From assembly GCA_963743635.1 (NCBI GenBank), contig CAVUQO010000002.1:1-64000 (forward strand): a stretch of 64,000 bases of DNA, written 5' to 3'. A program made the position numbers and the translations under genes. Position 1 is the stretch's first letter. The number at the start of each line of letters is the position of its first letter. Positions 50,811 to 60,090 of the stretch are shown piece by piece. Source of the DNA: Candidatus Babeliales bacterium (lineage in GTDB: Bacteria; Babelota; Babeliae; Babelales; Vermiphilaceae). The notes under the pieces were generated by a model that did not search any database, was not told the origin of the DNA, and was given only the letters and a program-made list of their open reading frames with translations.

Positions 50811-51003
50811 TTTTTTACCCACTCGAGAATCTCATCTTTCAAACGAGGCTCAATTTTAGGGCCGCCAGTCTTCGCTAATACTTCGAAGTGCAGCCTCAGG
50901 GAGTGTTTTGCTTCGTCGGGCAGGCTTATCATTTTTTCTCTTGATGTTTTTTTACCCACTCGAGAATCTCATCTTTCAAACGAGGCTCAATTTTAGGGCC
51001 GCC
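50811..51003 (-). repeat. Exact 56-bp duplication of the alaS 3' end (50811-50866 and 50948-51003) flanking a palindromic element
   Basis: ttttttacccactcgagaatctcatctttcaaacgaggctcaattttagggccgcc twice. Confidence 0.95.
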
Positions 51004-53548
51004 GCCTTGTAAGAAGAGCGGGCTGCCTCCACCTCGCAATTTATGCTCCTCGTTCAACCATGCCCCAAAATTTTTTAAATTTAAGGCATCCTTGAACTCA
51101 GGTGCGAGTGATGTGAAGAACGTGGTCCCATGATCGGTCGAAGGATTTGCACTCACCAAGAAGTAAAATCCTGGTTTTTTAGTTTGCAGTTGTGCTGCGA
51201 TGTCGCGTAGCTCATCATTGGCGAACCCATCAAGTTGTACAAAAAGGGTTGGAAGTGCGCCAATAGTGCTTACTTCTTTTTCCAATTGCGGCAGTTGAGA
51301 TTGCCAGAATTGTTTCTTGAGTTGCTTGATCTGAAGTTGTAAATCTTTGATCGATTCTTGTTGTTTGTGTATTGCATGAACAACTTCGTTGCGTTTAACT
51401 TTAAACTCTTGGCTTAAGTTTTTAACCGTCTCAAAAGTTTCTTGGAAAAGGTCGACTGCGCGGGACCGGTTACCGCCACAATGCGGCGATGGCCTGCAGA
51501 GAGTGCCGAAATTTCCGTAATTTTAAAGACGCCGATATCGCCCGTTGCGCGCACGTGGGTGCCGCCGCAAAGCTCGGCTGAGAATCCAGGAATTTCAACG
51601 ATACGTACTTGTTCAGGATTATATTTATCGCCAAAAAATGCGATGACGCCTTTGCTGAGTGCGTTTTTCAATGTGGTGTGTTCGATGTTGACCGGAATAT
51701 TTTCTGAATTTTTTCATTGACCAGATCTTCAACCTGTTTGATTTGGGCATGGCGAAAGGTTTTCATGGTAGGTGAAATCGAAGCGTAAATAATCAGGATC
51801 AACGAGCGAGCCTGATTGTTTGATCTGTTTGCCAAAAAGATGAATGAGTGCCGCTTGCAATAAGTGAGTTGCGGTATGATTTTTCATGGCATTGATGCGG
51901 CGTTCTTTGTTGACTATAGATATCACCGGATCGCCGAGCGTGAGATCAACTGGGGTTTCAATCTTAGCGCCGATTGCTTTATTGAAATAGCGCACGTCAT
52001 GTATTGGCTTTTTATCACCGCCAACCGTGAGCCAACCTTGATCAGGAACTTGTCCACCGCCAACGATAAAGAATGGAGACTCTTTGACGATGACCCAACA
52101 TTCTGATCCTGCGGGGACCTCTTCAACCGGTTCGCCATTATTGATAAGACCGATAATGAGCGATGGGTTTCGAGTGATTCATAGCCGGTGAAAATGGTGC
52201 TGACATCATCGCCAAAATCGATATGCATCAATTCATCAGCTGCTTTTTTGCCAGATTGTTCTTTTTGCTGCGCCATTTCTTGTTCAAAGCCACCATATCG
52301 ACGATATAATCACGTTCATGGGCCATGACGTTAATCAGTTCGATCGGAAATCCAAAGGTATCATACAATTTGAATGCTTGTTCACCATTGATGCGTTTAG
52401 TTTCTTTTTGTTCGGTGAAATATTTTTCTAAGATTGCAGTGCCGCGGACAAGATTATCAGCAAATTTTTGAATTTCGCTCTCAAGAATGGATACGATCTG
52501 GTTTTCTTGTTCTTTAAGTGCAGGATAATATTCCCCTAGCTCGGCAACAACCGTACGTGAAAGTTCAGGGAAAATATTTTTATCGGTGAGTTTTTGGGCG
52601 AAAAGTGCTGCGCGGCGAATAATTTTACGCAACACATATCCGCGGCCTTCATTTGAAGGTGCGCCGCCATCGGCGATAATCATAGTTGATGATCGAATAT
52701 GATCGGCAAGTACATGAAATGCTGCCTTTAATGAGCATCTGATTGTTCTGCATATTTTTTGCCGGTTAGTTTTTCAATGCGCGCAATAAGACCGGTGAAA
52801 ATATCAGTTTGATAGACTGAATCTTTATTTTGAACGATGCAAGCAAGGCGCTCAAGGCCCATGCCGGTATCAACCCCGCTATGTTTGAGCGGTTTATCAG
52901 TGCCATCTGGTTGACGATCAAATTGCATGAATACGAAGTTCCAAATTTCTAAAAAGCGATCGCAATCGCATGCAGGGCCGCACGGCTGATCGTCTGCGCA
53001 GCCAAATGCAGCGCCACGATCAATGTGAATTTCGGTGCATGGGCCGCAGGGGCCAGTTTCGCCCATTTGCCAGAAGTTTTCTTCTTCGCCAAGGCGATGA
53101 ATGCGTTCTTTGGGCACTTTAATAGATCGTGCCAAATATCATATGCTTCATCATCCGTTTCATAGACACTGACGTGGAGATTTTCGGTGGGTATATTGAG
53201 TTCTTTGGTCAAAAAATCCCAGGCAAACTGAATAGCTTCTTTTTTGAAATAATCACCGAAGGAGAAGTTGCCCATCATCTCAAAAAAGGTCAGATGGCGT
53301 TTGGTAAAGCCGACGTTATCAAGATCGTTATGCTTACCGCCTGCGCGTACGCATTTTTGGATGCTGACCGCGCGGGTATAACTGCGCTTTTCTTTGCCCA
53401 AGAAATAATCTTTGAATTGATTCATTCCGGCATTGGCAAAAAGGAGCGTTGGATCTTGGGCGGGAATGAGGGATGAGCTTGCAACCTGTTCATGTCCGTT
53501 TTTAATGAAAAAATCAAAAAATTTCTTACGCAGTTCCTGTGATTTCAT
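50929..53548 (-). CDS. alaS: Alanine--tRNA ligase, multiple apparent frameshifts
   Basis: [66 protein letters not shown] in successive frames. Confidence 0.95.
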
Positions 53549-53687
53549 TGCCTGTAACCTTACGCTAAAAATGATGGCATGTGTTTAAAAATGCTCATCG
53601 AGCCGGAATAATCATTGCAGTAAAGCATACTCAGATTTTTAAGGTGAGGCAAACAGACTCAAAAAACATGAGGGGCATTAGAAAAAT

Positions 53688-54143
53688 TTAGTAGTCGAGG
53701 TATTGTTTATGAGCATAGTCAGGATTGCAGGCGTGGAAAGTGACTGGATTAGCAAACCCGGGACAGTATTCATCGTCAGCAGGCGGAGCCCACTTGACAT
53801 ATGCCTCAAGATCTTTGCGGTAGTTTTTGTTTTGAGGAGGCGTTTGCTTATTGCACTCATCTTGCGGAGTTTCGTCTGGATTTTGGATTGTAGGTGCAGC
53901 TGGTATGTTCTGTGCTGCGGTCACTGGCCATTGACTGGAGGTCTCTGGTTTAACGAGGGGTAGCGCGAGCGTCTTTGCGAATGCAACGGGTGACTCAGCG
54001 GGTGAAGTTTTTCTGCTATTTGGAAAGAAGAGTGTCCTTAATGATGCAATAGGTGAGCAATCGGGCGATTTTTTTTCCATAGCGTTGAGGTTCATTGAGA
54101 TTATTAACAGGCATGCCAGAGTAGTGTATGTAACAGATTTCAT
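53688..54143 (-). CDS. Secreted Pro/Ser/Thr-rich hypothetical protein
   Basis: LNA|ME; SP-rich. Confidence 0.75.
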   Translation of the reverse strand: MKSVTYTTLACLLIISMNLNAMEKKSPDCSPIASLRTLFFPNSRKTSPAESPVAFAKTLALPLVKPETSSQWPVTAAQNIPAAPTIQNPDETPQDECNKQTPPQNKNYRKDLEAYVKWAPPADDEYCPGFANPVTFHACNPDYAHKQYLDY

Positions 54144-54213
54144 CTGAAATCCTTTCGTATTGTAAAACGGGTATGTGGTGAATGAGTAATTAATTATAAC
54201 GGATTATAAGATT

Positions 54214-54705
54214 TTATGAATATTTTGGATCTTCACTAAAACGAACACGCATTGCAGTACGTGCGGTGCTTTCGTTGTTACCATACTTCTTATAGCGTAT
54301 CACGTCAGAATCCTCAGAATCATCTGAAGAAGAGTCGCTATCATCGTTGTTGGAGGAAGGGATTTTTTTAATGTTTACCTTGCGCGTTGATGCCGTACTC
54401 GATTCGGATGATGATGATTCGTCTGATGAAGAATCGTCAAGTGGATTATCCGCTAAATCTCTGAGGTATGCATTATAGTTGAATTTTACTCTTTTATTTG
54501 GATTTTGAGGTGATTTCAGACTAGTGGTTGCCTTTTGTGCTACAAAAAGAGGCGAAGCGATGTTTTTTGTAGGAGCAATTGGTGAAACGTTAGCCGATTC
54601 AGTTTGTTCCTGAGTGTTTTGCTTAATGGGCGCTTTCTCCATGCCGAAAGCGGTGATCGTGCTCAGCAATAGGGAAAAAAGGGGTATTAGGGTGATAAAT
54701 GGCAT
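54214..54705 (-). CDS. Secreted low-complexity Ser/Asp-rich protein with two RVxF motifs
   Basis: AFG|ME; KRVKF; RVRFS. Confidence 0.75.
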   Translation of the reverse strand: MPFITLIPLFSLLLSTITAFGMEKAPIKQNTQEQTESANVSPIAPTKNIASPLFVAQKATTSLKSPQNPNKRVKFNYNAYLRDLADNPLDDSSSDESSSSESSTASTRKVNIKKIPSSNNDDSDSSSDDSEDSDVIRYKKYGNNESTARTAMRVRFSEDPKYS

Positions 54706-54929
54706 CAATGTAACCTTTATTAAAGATAGTTTTTTATTGATATGATTATTATTTATAATATGCAAAAATGAAGATTTTCTCAACAACTTATTGAGTAATT
54801 TAGCTAAAAATGTTGGCATAATATGCTTATTGGCTATTTTTTGGATTAAGCCTTGCGCTTGGACAAGCAAAATGTGCCCAGTTTTGATAGGCGCATTGTG
54901 ATGTACTATGAAAAACGTGATGGGCGAAT

Positions 54930-55232
54930 TTAGTATCTACAGTTTTCGCCGGGATAGTAGTTCTCATGATTAATAGGAGAAGTCCATGATTGATCCTGGG
55001 ACTGTTCAGGATATTGGTGAAGGTAGTTACCACAAGGAAAGTATTCACAGTTAGCAGGAAAAGTTGGAGTGTGAGTGGGCGTGCGCAGTCCGTTTAATGC
55101 AGTGGTTACGACACCGATTGATGGGGTAATAGATTTACCAGGCGTTGAGCTTTCTGTTGGTTGTGGCTGCATAGCATGCATGTTCATCGAAGTCATGAAG
55201 ATATATGCAAGAATATATTTAATAGATTTCAT
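54930..55232 (-). CDS. Secreted Pro/Thr-rich small protein
   Basis: MHA|MQ; shares its RBS/start context with the gene starting at 54143. Confidence 0.7.
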   Translation of the reverse strand: MKSIKYILAYIFMTSMNMHAMQPQPTESSTPGKSITPSIGVVTTALNGLRTPTHTPTFPANCEYFPCGNYLHQYPEQSQDQSWTSPINHENYYPGENCRY

Positions 55233-55371
55233 CTGAAAACCCTTTCATGGAATGATTTTTGGGGGGATTTTTCTATTTATGATAGAGGGTTTTAGCGTAT
55301 ATTGCAATTTCCCTCACTATGTTTCTTAGCTTTTTGCTCTAAGATGCTTATCTTAAGTATTTTTAATGTCC

Positions 55372-56277
55372 CTATAATATATGTTTGAGTCTCTCCCAAG
55401 AATAGATTTCTCGCCTTCTTTCCTTTGCACTTGGCACATAATTCGCTTTTTGCAGATACTCCTGGAGGGCCTTTTTAGCAAAGTAATTTGCTGAGGGGCG
55501 TTGTGCTGTAATGGATCGAGCGATAGCACGGGGTAAGGTGCGTGTTTTTTCCTTTTCCCAGTAACGCATATATTCCGCGATATGTTCTTGGGTGCAGGTA
55601 GCTATCAGCTTAGAGACATTATCGGGAAGTTGATATCGTTGGTTCACCGCAGCGATGATACTTGGTGTGTAATGTGAGGAAAGGTTCCGGCTATACAGTG
55701 TTTCGTCAGAGCCCCAAATCGTGAGAAGCGATTTTATAAGCTTATATGCATCCGCATTGAGGATTTCAATAACTTCCATATCTATGGTGAGAGCTCTGAG
55801 CGTAGCCTTGTGGACCTCGCGCTCAATTTCGGAAATACAATGTTTTTTTTGTGCTTCCAATATTTGTGCGGTTTCAGGATTATTTTGCGTTAGTTTCGGT
55901 GGGGTCGGCTTTGCATCCCGTGCGGAAAGAACATCATCGTCATCATCATCATTATCATCATTATCAAGATCAAAAATGGAAGGCGCTGACTTTTTAGGTA
56001 TGGAAGGGGCAGGATAGGTCAATTTTCTTCTTTTTGCTGGCCGTTCGGATTCATTTTTTTGGGAAATTTCTTGTTGAGTAATATCCTGTTTTAGTGTGTC
56101 AGAGATTTTATTGAGTCGTTCGCCGTTCACGGTAACAACAACTTTAGGAAGTGGTGGCGGTGGTACCACTCCTTGAATAGTAGGTTTATTTGCACCCATG
56201 CCGTACATGAAAGTCGACGTTACAAGGAGGCTGAGTATGAACAGAGAACGTGAATATTTCCGCTGATTACGCATCAT
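55372..56277 (-). CDS. Secreted protein with poly-Pro, NLS-like PAKRRKL and an acidic tract
   Basis: MYG|MG; PPPPLP; RPAKRRKL; DNDDNDDDDDD. Confidence 0.8.
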   Translation of the reverse strand: MMRNQRKYSRSLFILSLLVTSTFMYGMGANKPTIQGVVPPPPLPKVVVTVNGERLNKISDTLKQDITQQEISQKNESERPAKRRKLTYPAPSIPKKSAPSIFDLDNDDNDDDDDDVLSARDAKPTPPKLTQNNPETAQILEAQKKHCISEIEREVHKATLRALTIDMEVIEILNADAYKLIKSLLTIWGSDETLYSRNLSSHYTPSIIAAVNQRYQLPDNVSKLIATCTQEHIAEYMRYWEKEKTRTLPRAIARSITAQRPSANYFAKKALQEYLQKANYVPSAKERRREIYSWERLKHIL

Positions 56278-56765
56278 TTGCCATCCTCATGTGCGGCGCC
56301 AGTTACTGCGAACCTTTCCAACATTTGGGCAAGTTCTTGATCGATCGCTTTGGCAAGTGCTTTTTCTGCCTCCAACAGCTCTGGCGTGGGTTCTTGTGGA
56401 TTTTCTTGCGATTTTTGCGAGGAAATTGTTGTATTCTGCGATACAGCGGATGTTGTGATGGCTGCACTCGGTTGTATGCGCACACATGGCTGTCGCCAGA
56501 GTTGCTCAGTAAGTTCCATGCACCTTTTATCAATAGTTGCATCTTGCGCATATTGCGTCCAGCGTGCATATGCTGCTCTCGTTTCACTTTTTTCTTCTTG
56601 AGATCTCTCCTTTATTGTTGCAATAATAAAGGCATTGCTGGGTCTTTCTTTGTTGTGGACTTTTATTTTTTGTTCTGGTGTCGATGAGGATTCGTTTTGC
56701 ATTGCATCTATGGTGCATATGCTTACTATAGAGCTGAGGACGAGAAGAGTGTAGAGCGATTTCAT
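56274..56765 (-). CDS. Secreted hypothetical protein
   Basis: IDA|MQ; ATGA overlap with the next gene. Confidence 0.75.
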   Translation of the reverse strand: MKSLYTLLVLSSIVSICTIDAMQNESSSTPEQKIKVHNKERPSNAFIIATIKERSQEEKSETRAAYARWTQYAQDATIDKRCMELTEQLWRQPCVRIQPSAAITTSAVSQNTTISSQKSQENPQEPTPELLEAEKALAKAIDQELAQMLERFAVTGAAHEDGK

Positions 56766-56779
56766 GGATACCCCTAACG

Positions 56780-57295
56780 TTAGGAAATTTTGAGCTTTTT
56801 AAACGGTTCAGCAAGCTGCTTATACATTACATTCAAATCGTAGGATACTGCTTTTGTATCTGCAAGGAGGGGCAAAAAGTTGGTGTCTCCAATCCAGCGA
56901 GGCAATACATGCCAGTGAAGATGCGAGGGGATGCCCGCGCCTGCGGCTTTGCCGAGATTGACTCCGACGTTTACGCCATCAGCTTTGAGTGTTTCTTTGA
57001 GAATATCGATACTCTGAGTGATCAATTCCATTAACTCAATGCGCGCTTCAGGAGAAAGATCATGCATATGTTTAACGTGCGCATAGGGAATGATCAACAA
57101 ATGCCCGGCACTATACGGATACAGATTCAGAAGGACGGCATGATGCTGAAAGCGGGCGATTATATAGCTTTTTTCATCATCCTGCGCCGCAAATTTCGCA
57201 CAAAAAACGCATTCATCTGGTTTTGTATCGTCATGTTTGCCGCGTGTAGTATCAGTAGTGTAGTTACTACGCCATGGCGCATATAATTTGTCCAT
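56780..57295 (-). CDS. HIT-family hydrolase (Ap4A phosphorylase-like)
   Basis: LYAPWR, CVFC, LNLYPY..GHLLIIP, GAGIPSHLHWHVLPRW. Confidence 0.92.
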   Translation of the reverse strand: MDKLYAPWRSNYTTDTTRGKHDDTKPDECVFCAKFAAQDDEKSYIIARFQHHAVLLNLYPYSAGHLLIIPYAHVKHMHDLSPEARIELMELITQSIDILKETLKADGVNVGVNLGKAAGAGIPSHLHWHVLPRWIGDTNFLPLLADTKAVSYDLNVMYKQLAEPFKKLKIS

Positions 57296-57322
57296 AATTA
57301 TGTCCGTATAATGGGGGATTAT

Positions 57323-58795
57323 TTATCTATTTTTAGGTTGTTCTATAGTATACTGCGTCGGAATTGGTTTTGATAGATGTTTAAAGTGCCAATCTTTCCA
57401 TTGAGATGCCGTGGTAATCTTCATCATTGAGTCGTACGGACATGGCGGCAGGAGTGGAACCGCAGGCGCAGAAAGAACCGTGAATACCATGTTATCCCAC
57501 AATGAGTAATAGCCTTTGTTTTCAACCATATGCTCTTGCATAACGCCATGATGTTGATGTGCACGCACTATTGATTTGATGCGATGTTCTGGGCCTCCAT
57601 CACGATCAAGCAGATGTCGGGTTAATGCTTTGCCATATTTCCAACCTTTGTGCGGCTGGTAGCGCACTATTTCTTGCGGATCTTCAATTAAAAATTCGCC
57701 CCACATATATCCAAAATAATGAGCGGTGGGAGATTTGATTGGGGTGTTAGCGCGTGCTGCTGGAGGCACAATATATGAAACCGCTTCTCTCATCTCATGA
57801 GGGAGCGCATTGATCATTTCGGCACGATTTAATCCTTTAATGGCCATGAATGTTACGTCATCAGATGCGGTAATGAGTGAAGCAGGCGAGACGCCAATTT
57901 CAAGGCCGCCATGGCAACACATGATATATGAACGATTATTACCGCTTCCCGAACCAATGTAGAGTACGGGAATAAAGAGGTCATAAAGGCGATAGAGTTC
58001 TTTTTTGTGACGGAATTGCTTGTAGTTAAGTTCCGCATCAAAACGTATCGTTGAGGTATTTCTATTGATGTATGCGTCTTCATGATTGCCGCGTATCAGA
58101 AATACGTTATCGGGATTTGCCACTTTAAGTCTCATGAGTGTGTAGAGCACCTCGAGCCCATAGCAGCCACGATCTACGCAATCTCCGAGATATACCAGAT
58201 AGGTATTTGGTTTTATTATCTTAAAATTGTCATCGAGATACCCCCATTTTTGTAGTTGCTGTAATGTACGCACGAGCGACTGAATGCAACCATGAGTGTC
58301 GCCCCATGCAAATAGAGTGCTGCCGGTTGGTATGATTACCTTTTGCATGAATGGTTTGAAGGTGGCGGGCGCTGAGATGTTGAAAAAGTGAGCCGTATAT
58401 TCAGATTTGCCGCCCACCCAGCGATCAGCGTGCAGGAACTCTTCTTTTGCGCGGGCAACGAGCTTTTCCAAGTAATACATAATATCATTTTCCTGAATCA
58501 TGCTCGGGTAAAAGGTTGTTGTGTGTTCCGGGCGTGATTCTGCTAAATCGCCGAGTAGGGAAAGTGTGAGCGATTCGGGAGCGCAGTCTTTTTCGGGCAT
58601 GCGCTTAAGGTTGTTATTTTTATACTCACGCTTAAGGCACGTATATTCATGTGCAATTTCAGCATCTTTTTGCTGATAGGTGCGCATAATCTTTTTTATT
58701 TTTTTCTGGTTTGCTTTGCGATCGGTTTCTGCACTGATCAGGGGATGTGTACAGAGGGCAGCGATAATCGATAACATGCATAAATACTGTTGCAT
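57323..58795 (-). CDS. Exported PPP-family Ser/Thr protein phosphatase
   Basis: Signal ISA|E; GDTHG, GDCVDRG, RGNHE, HGG, RAHQ, TVLSAP. Confidence 0.9.
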   Translation of the reverse strand: MQQYLCMLSIIAALCTHPLISAETDRKANQKKIKKIMRTYQQKDAEIAHEYTCLKREYKNNNLKRMPEKDCAPESLTLSLLGDLAESRPEHTTTFYPSMIQENDIMYYLEKLVARAKEEFLHADRWVGGKSEYTAHFFNISAPATFKPFMQKVIIPTGSTLFAWGDTHGCIQSLVRTLQQLQKWGYLDDNFKIIKPNTYLVYLGDCVDRGCYGLEVLYTLMRLKVANPDNVFLIRGNHEDAYINRNTSTIRFDAELNYKQFRHKKELYRLYDLFIPVLYIGSGSGNNRSYIMCCHGGLEIGVSPASLITASDDVTFMAIKGLNRAEMINALPHEMREAVSYIVPPAARANTPIKSPTAHYFGYMWGEFLIEDPQEIVRYQPHKGWKYGKALTRHLLDRDGGPEHRIKSIVRAHQHHGVMQEHMVENKGYYSLWDNMVFTVLSAPAVPLLPPCPYDSMMKITTASQWKDWHFKHLSKPIPTQYTIEQPKNR

Positions 58796-58937
58796 TAAAG
58801 TTCCTTTTTTTGCTGAAAATATTTTAACACAGAAAGTGTATGAAGATAGTACGCTTTTGGGCAAGAAAAAGAATGAAAGTTGGGAGTTGTGAAATCAAGA
58901 ATTATCTAAAGATAGTGTATAGTATTGTGTTTCCGTT

Positions 58938-59068
58938 ACCCATTCGAGACGTTCTTCGTCCCGTTTCACTTGCCTCAGAACCCTCAGGGCGAACGGAAAT
59001 GACATTTTTCCCCGTTCGCCCTGAGGATTTTTCATGAGTGAAGCGAATGAAAAATGTCTCGAATGGGT
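58938..59068. mobile_element. MITE/REPIN-like inverted pair
   Basis: acccattcgagac...cctcagggcgaacgg, short loop, ccgttcgccctgagg...gtctcgaatgggt; homolog of 29683-29868. Confidence 0.75.
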
Positions 59069-59114
59069 GCGGGGACTGTAGTAATGAGTGATTAATCATA
59101 AAAAGGAGACGGAT

Positions 59115-60068
59115 ATGTATCCAGCTACTCAGGGACGATGGCTAAGCATAATGAGCATAGCATGCATATTGTTATGCAGCATGAATGGAGCGCAGGCAGC
59201 AAAAAACAGAGCGGCAAAGCGCAACCCCGCACAGCGCAGCGCAGCGGTTCTCGCCATGCAGCGTGCGAGAAAGAATGCCGAGAACGGGAAAGAAAGCGCT
59301 CAAAGTAATAGCAGCCCAAAACGATGTGCAGAAGTGCCAGCTACGATAGTCATTTCTATACCAAAAAGTGGCACAACGCTCATGAGAAAGCTTTTGACCG
59401 ATCTGACCGATAAACAGTGTTTAAGCAGATCAGAGTGTCCCGAATTATATTTGGTGACGCCAAGAGATTTTGAACGAGTTATAAAGCTGCCGGCTGAAAA
59501 ATTTTGGTCAGTTCATCTTTTTTATAATGCCAATTATGCCAAACGATTAAAAGAAGATAAATGCGCTTGCCTCTTTATTTACAGAGATCCGCGTGATCAG
59601 CTTGTTTCATTCATGTATTACATGCTCAAACACAATAAATCATGGCCTGGTGTTAATGGGCATTCGCACGCGGAGATTATTAACGATTTGATCGATACCT
59701 GCGCATTCCAGCGCAATAGTCCGCCGGTAAAGAGTATATTGCAGCTGTATGAATCGTATCTACCATGGCTCAATGAGGAGCATGTGCTCGCGATTCGCTT
59801 TGAAGATATCGTGGGCGAAAAAGGAGGCGGATCCGATGAGACTCAGCTTGCTACGATACGCGCTATAGCGCATCACATGCAGCTGGCGCTTTCAGATGAG
59901 GAGATTGAAGAGATAGCGCGCAATCTCTTTGGCGGCACCGAGACCTTTAGAAAAGGCCAAATCGGCTCTTGGAAAGATCACTTCACGCCACAGCAAAAAG
60001 AACGATTCAAGCAAGTCGCCGGCCAATTGCTGATCGACTTGGGCTATGAAAGCGATTTTAATTGGTGA
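59115..60068 (+). CDS. Sulfotransferase-domain protein with signal peptide
   Basis: aaggag RBS; PKSGTT 5'-PSB; YRDPRDQLVS 3'-PB; FRKGQIGSWK. Confidence 0.88.
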   Translation: MYPATQGRWLSIMSIACILLCSMNGAQAAKNRAAKRNPAQRSAAVLAMQRARKNAENGKESAQSNSSPKRCAEVPATIVISIPKSGTTLMRKLLTDLTDKQCLSRSECPELYLVTPRDFERVIKLPAEKFWSVHLFYNANYAKRLKEDKCACLFIYRDPRDQLVSFMYYMLKHNKSWPGVNGHSHAEIINDLIDTCAFQRNSPPVKSILQLYESYLPWLNEEHVLAIRFEDIVGEKGGGSDETQLATIRAIAHHMQLALSDEEIEEIARNLFGGTETFRKGQIGSWKDHFTPQQKERFKQVAGQLLIDLGYESDFNW

Positions 60069-60090
60069 CTCTATGAGGCGATATGAGGGC

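Noticed and set aside
50929..53548. Split or decayed alaS
   Set aside because: Essential gene with all motifs intact across frames; indels are best explained as sequencing errors
58840..59099. Short ORFs on both strands
   Set aside because: They arise from the palindromic element; no protein-like features
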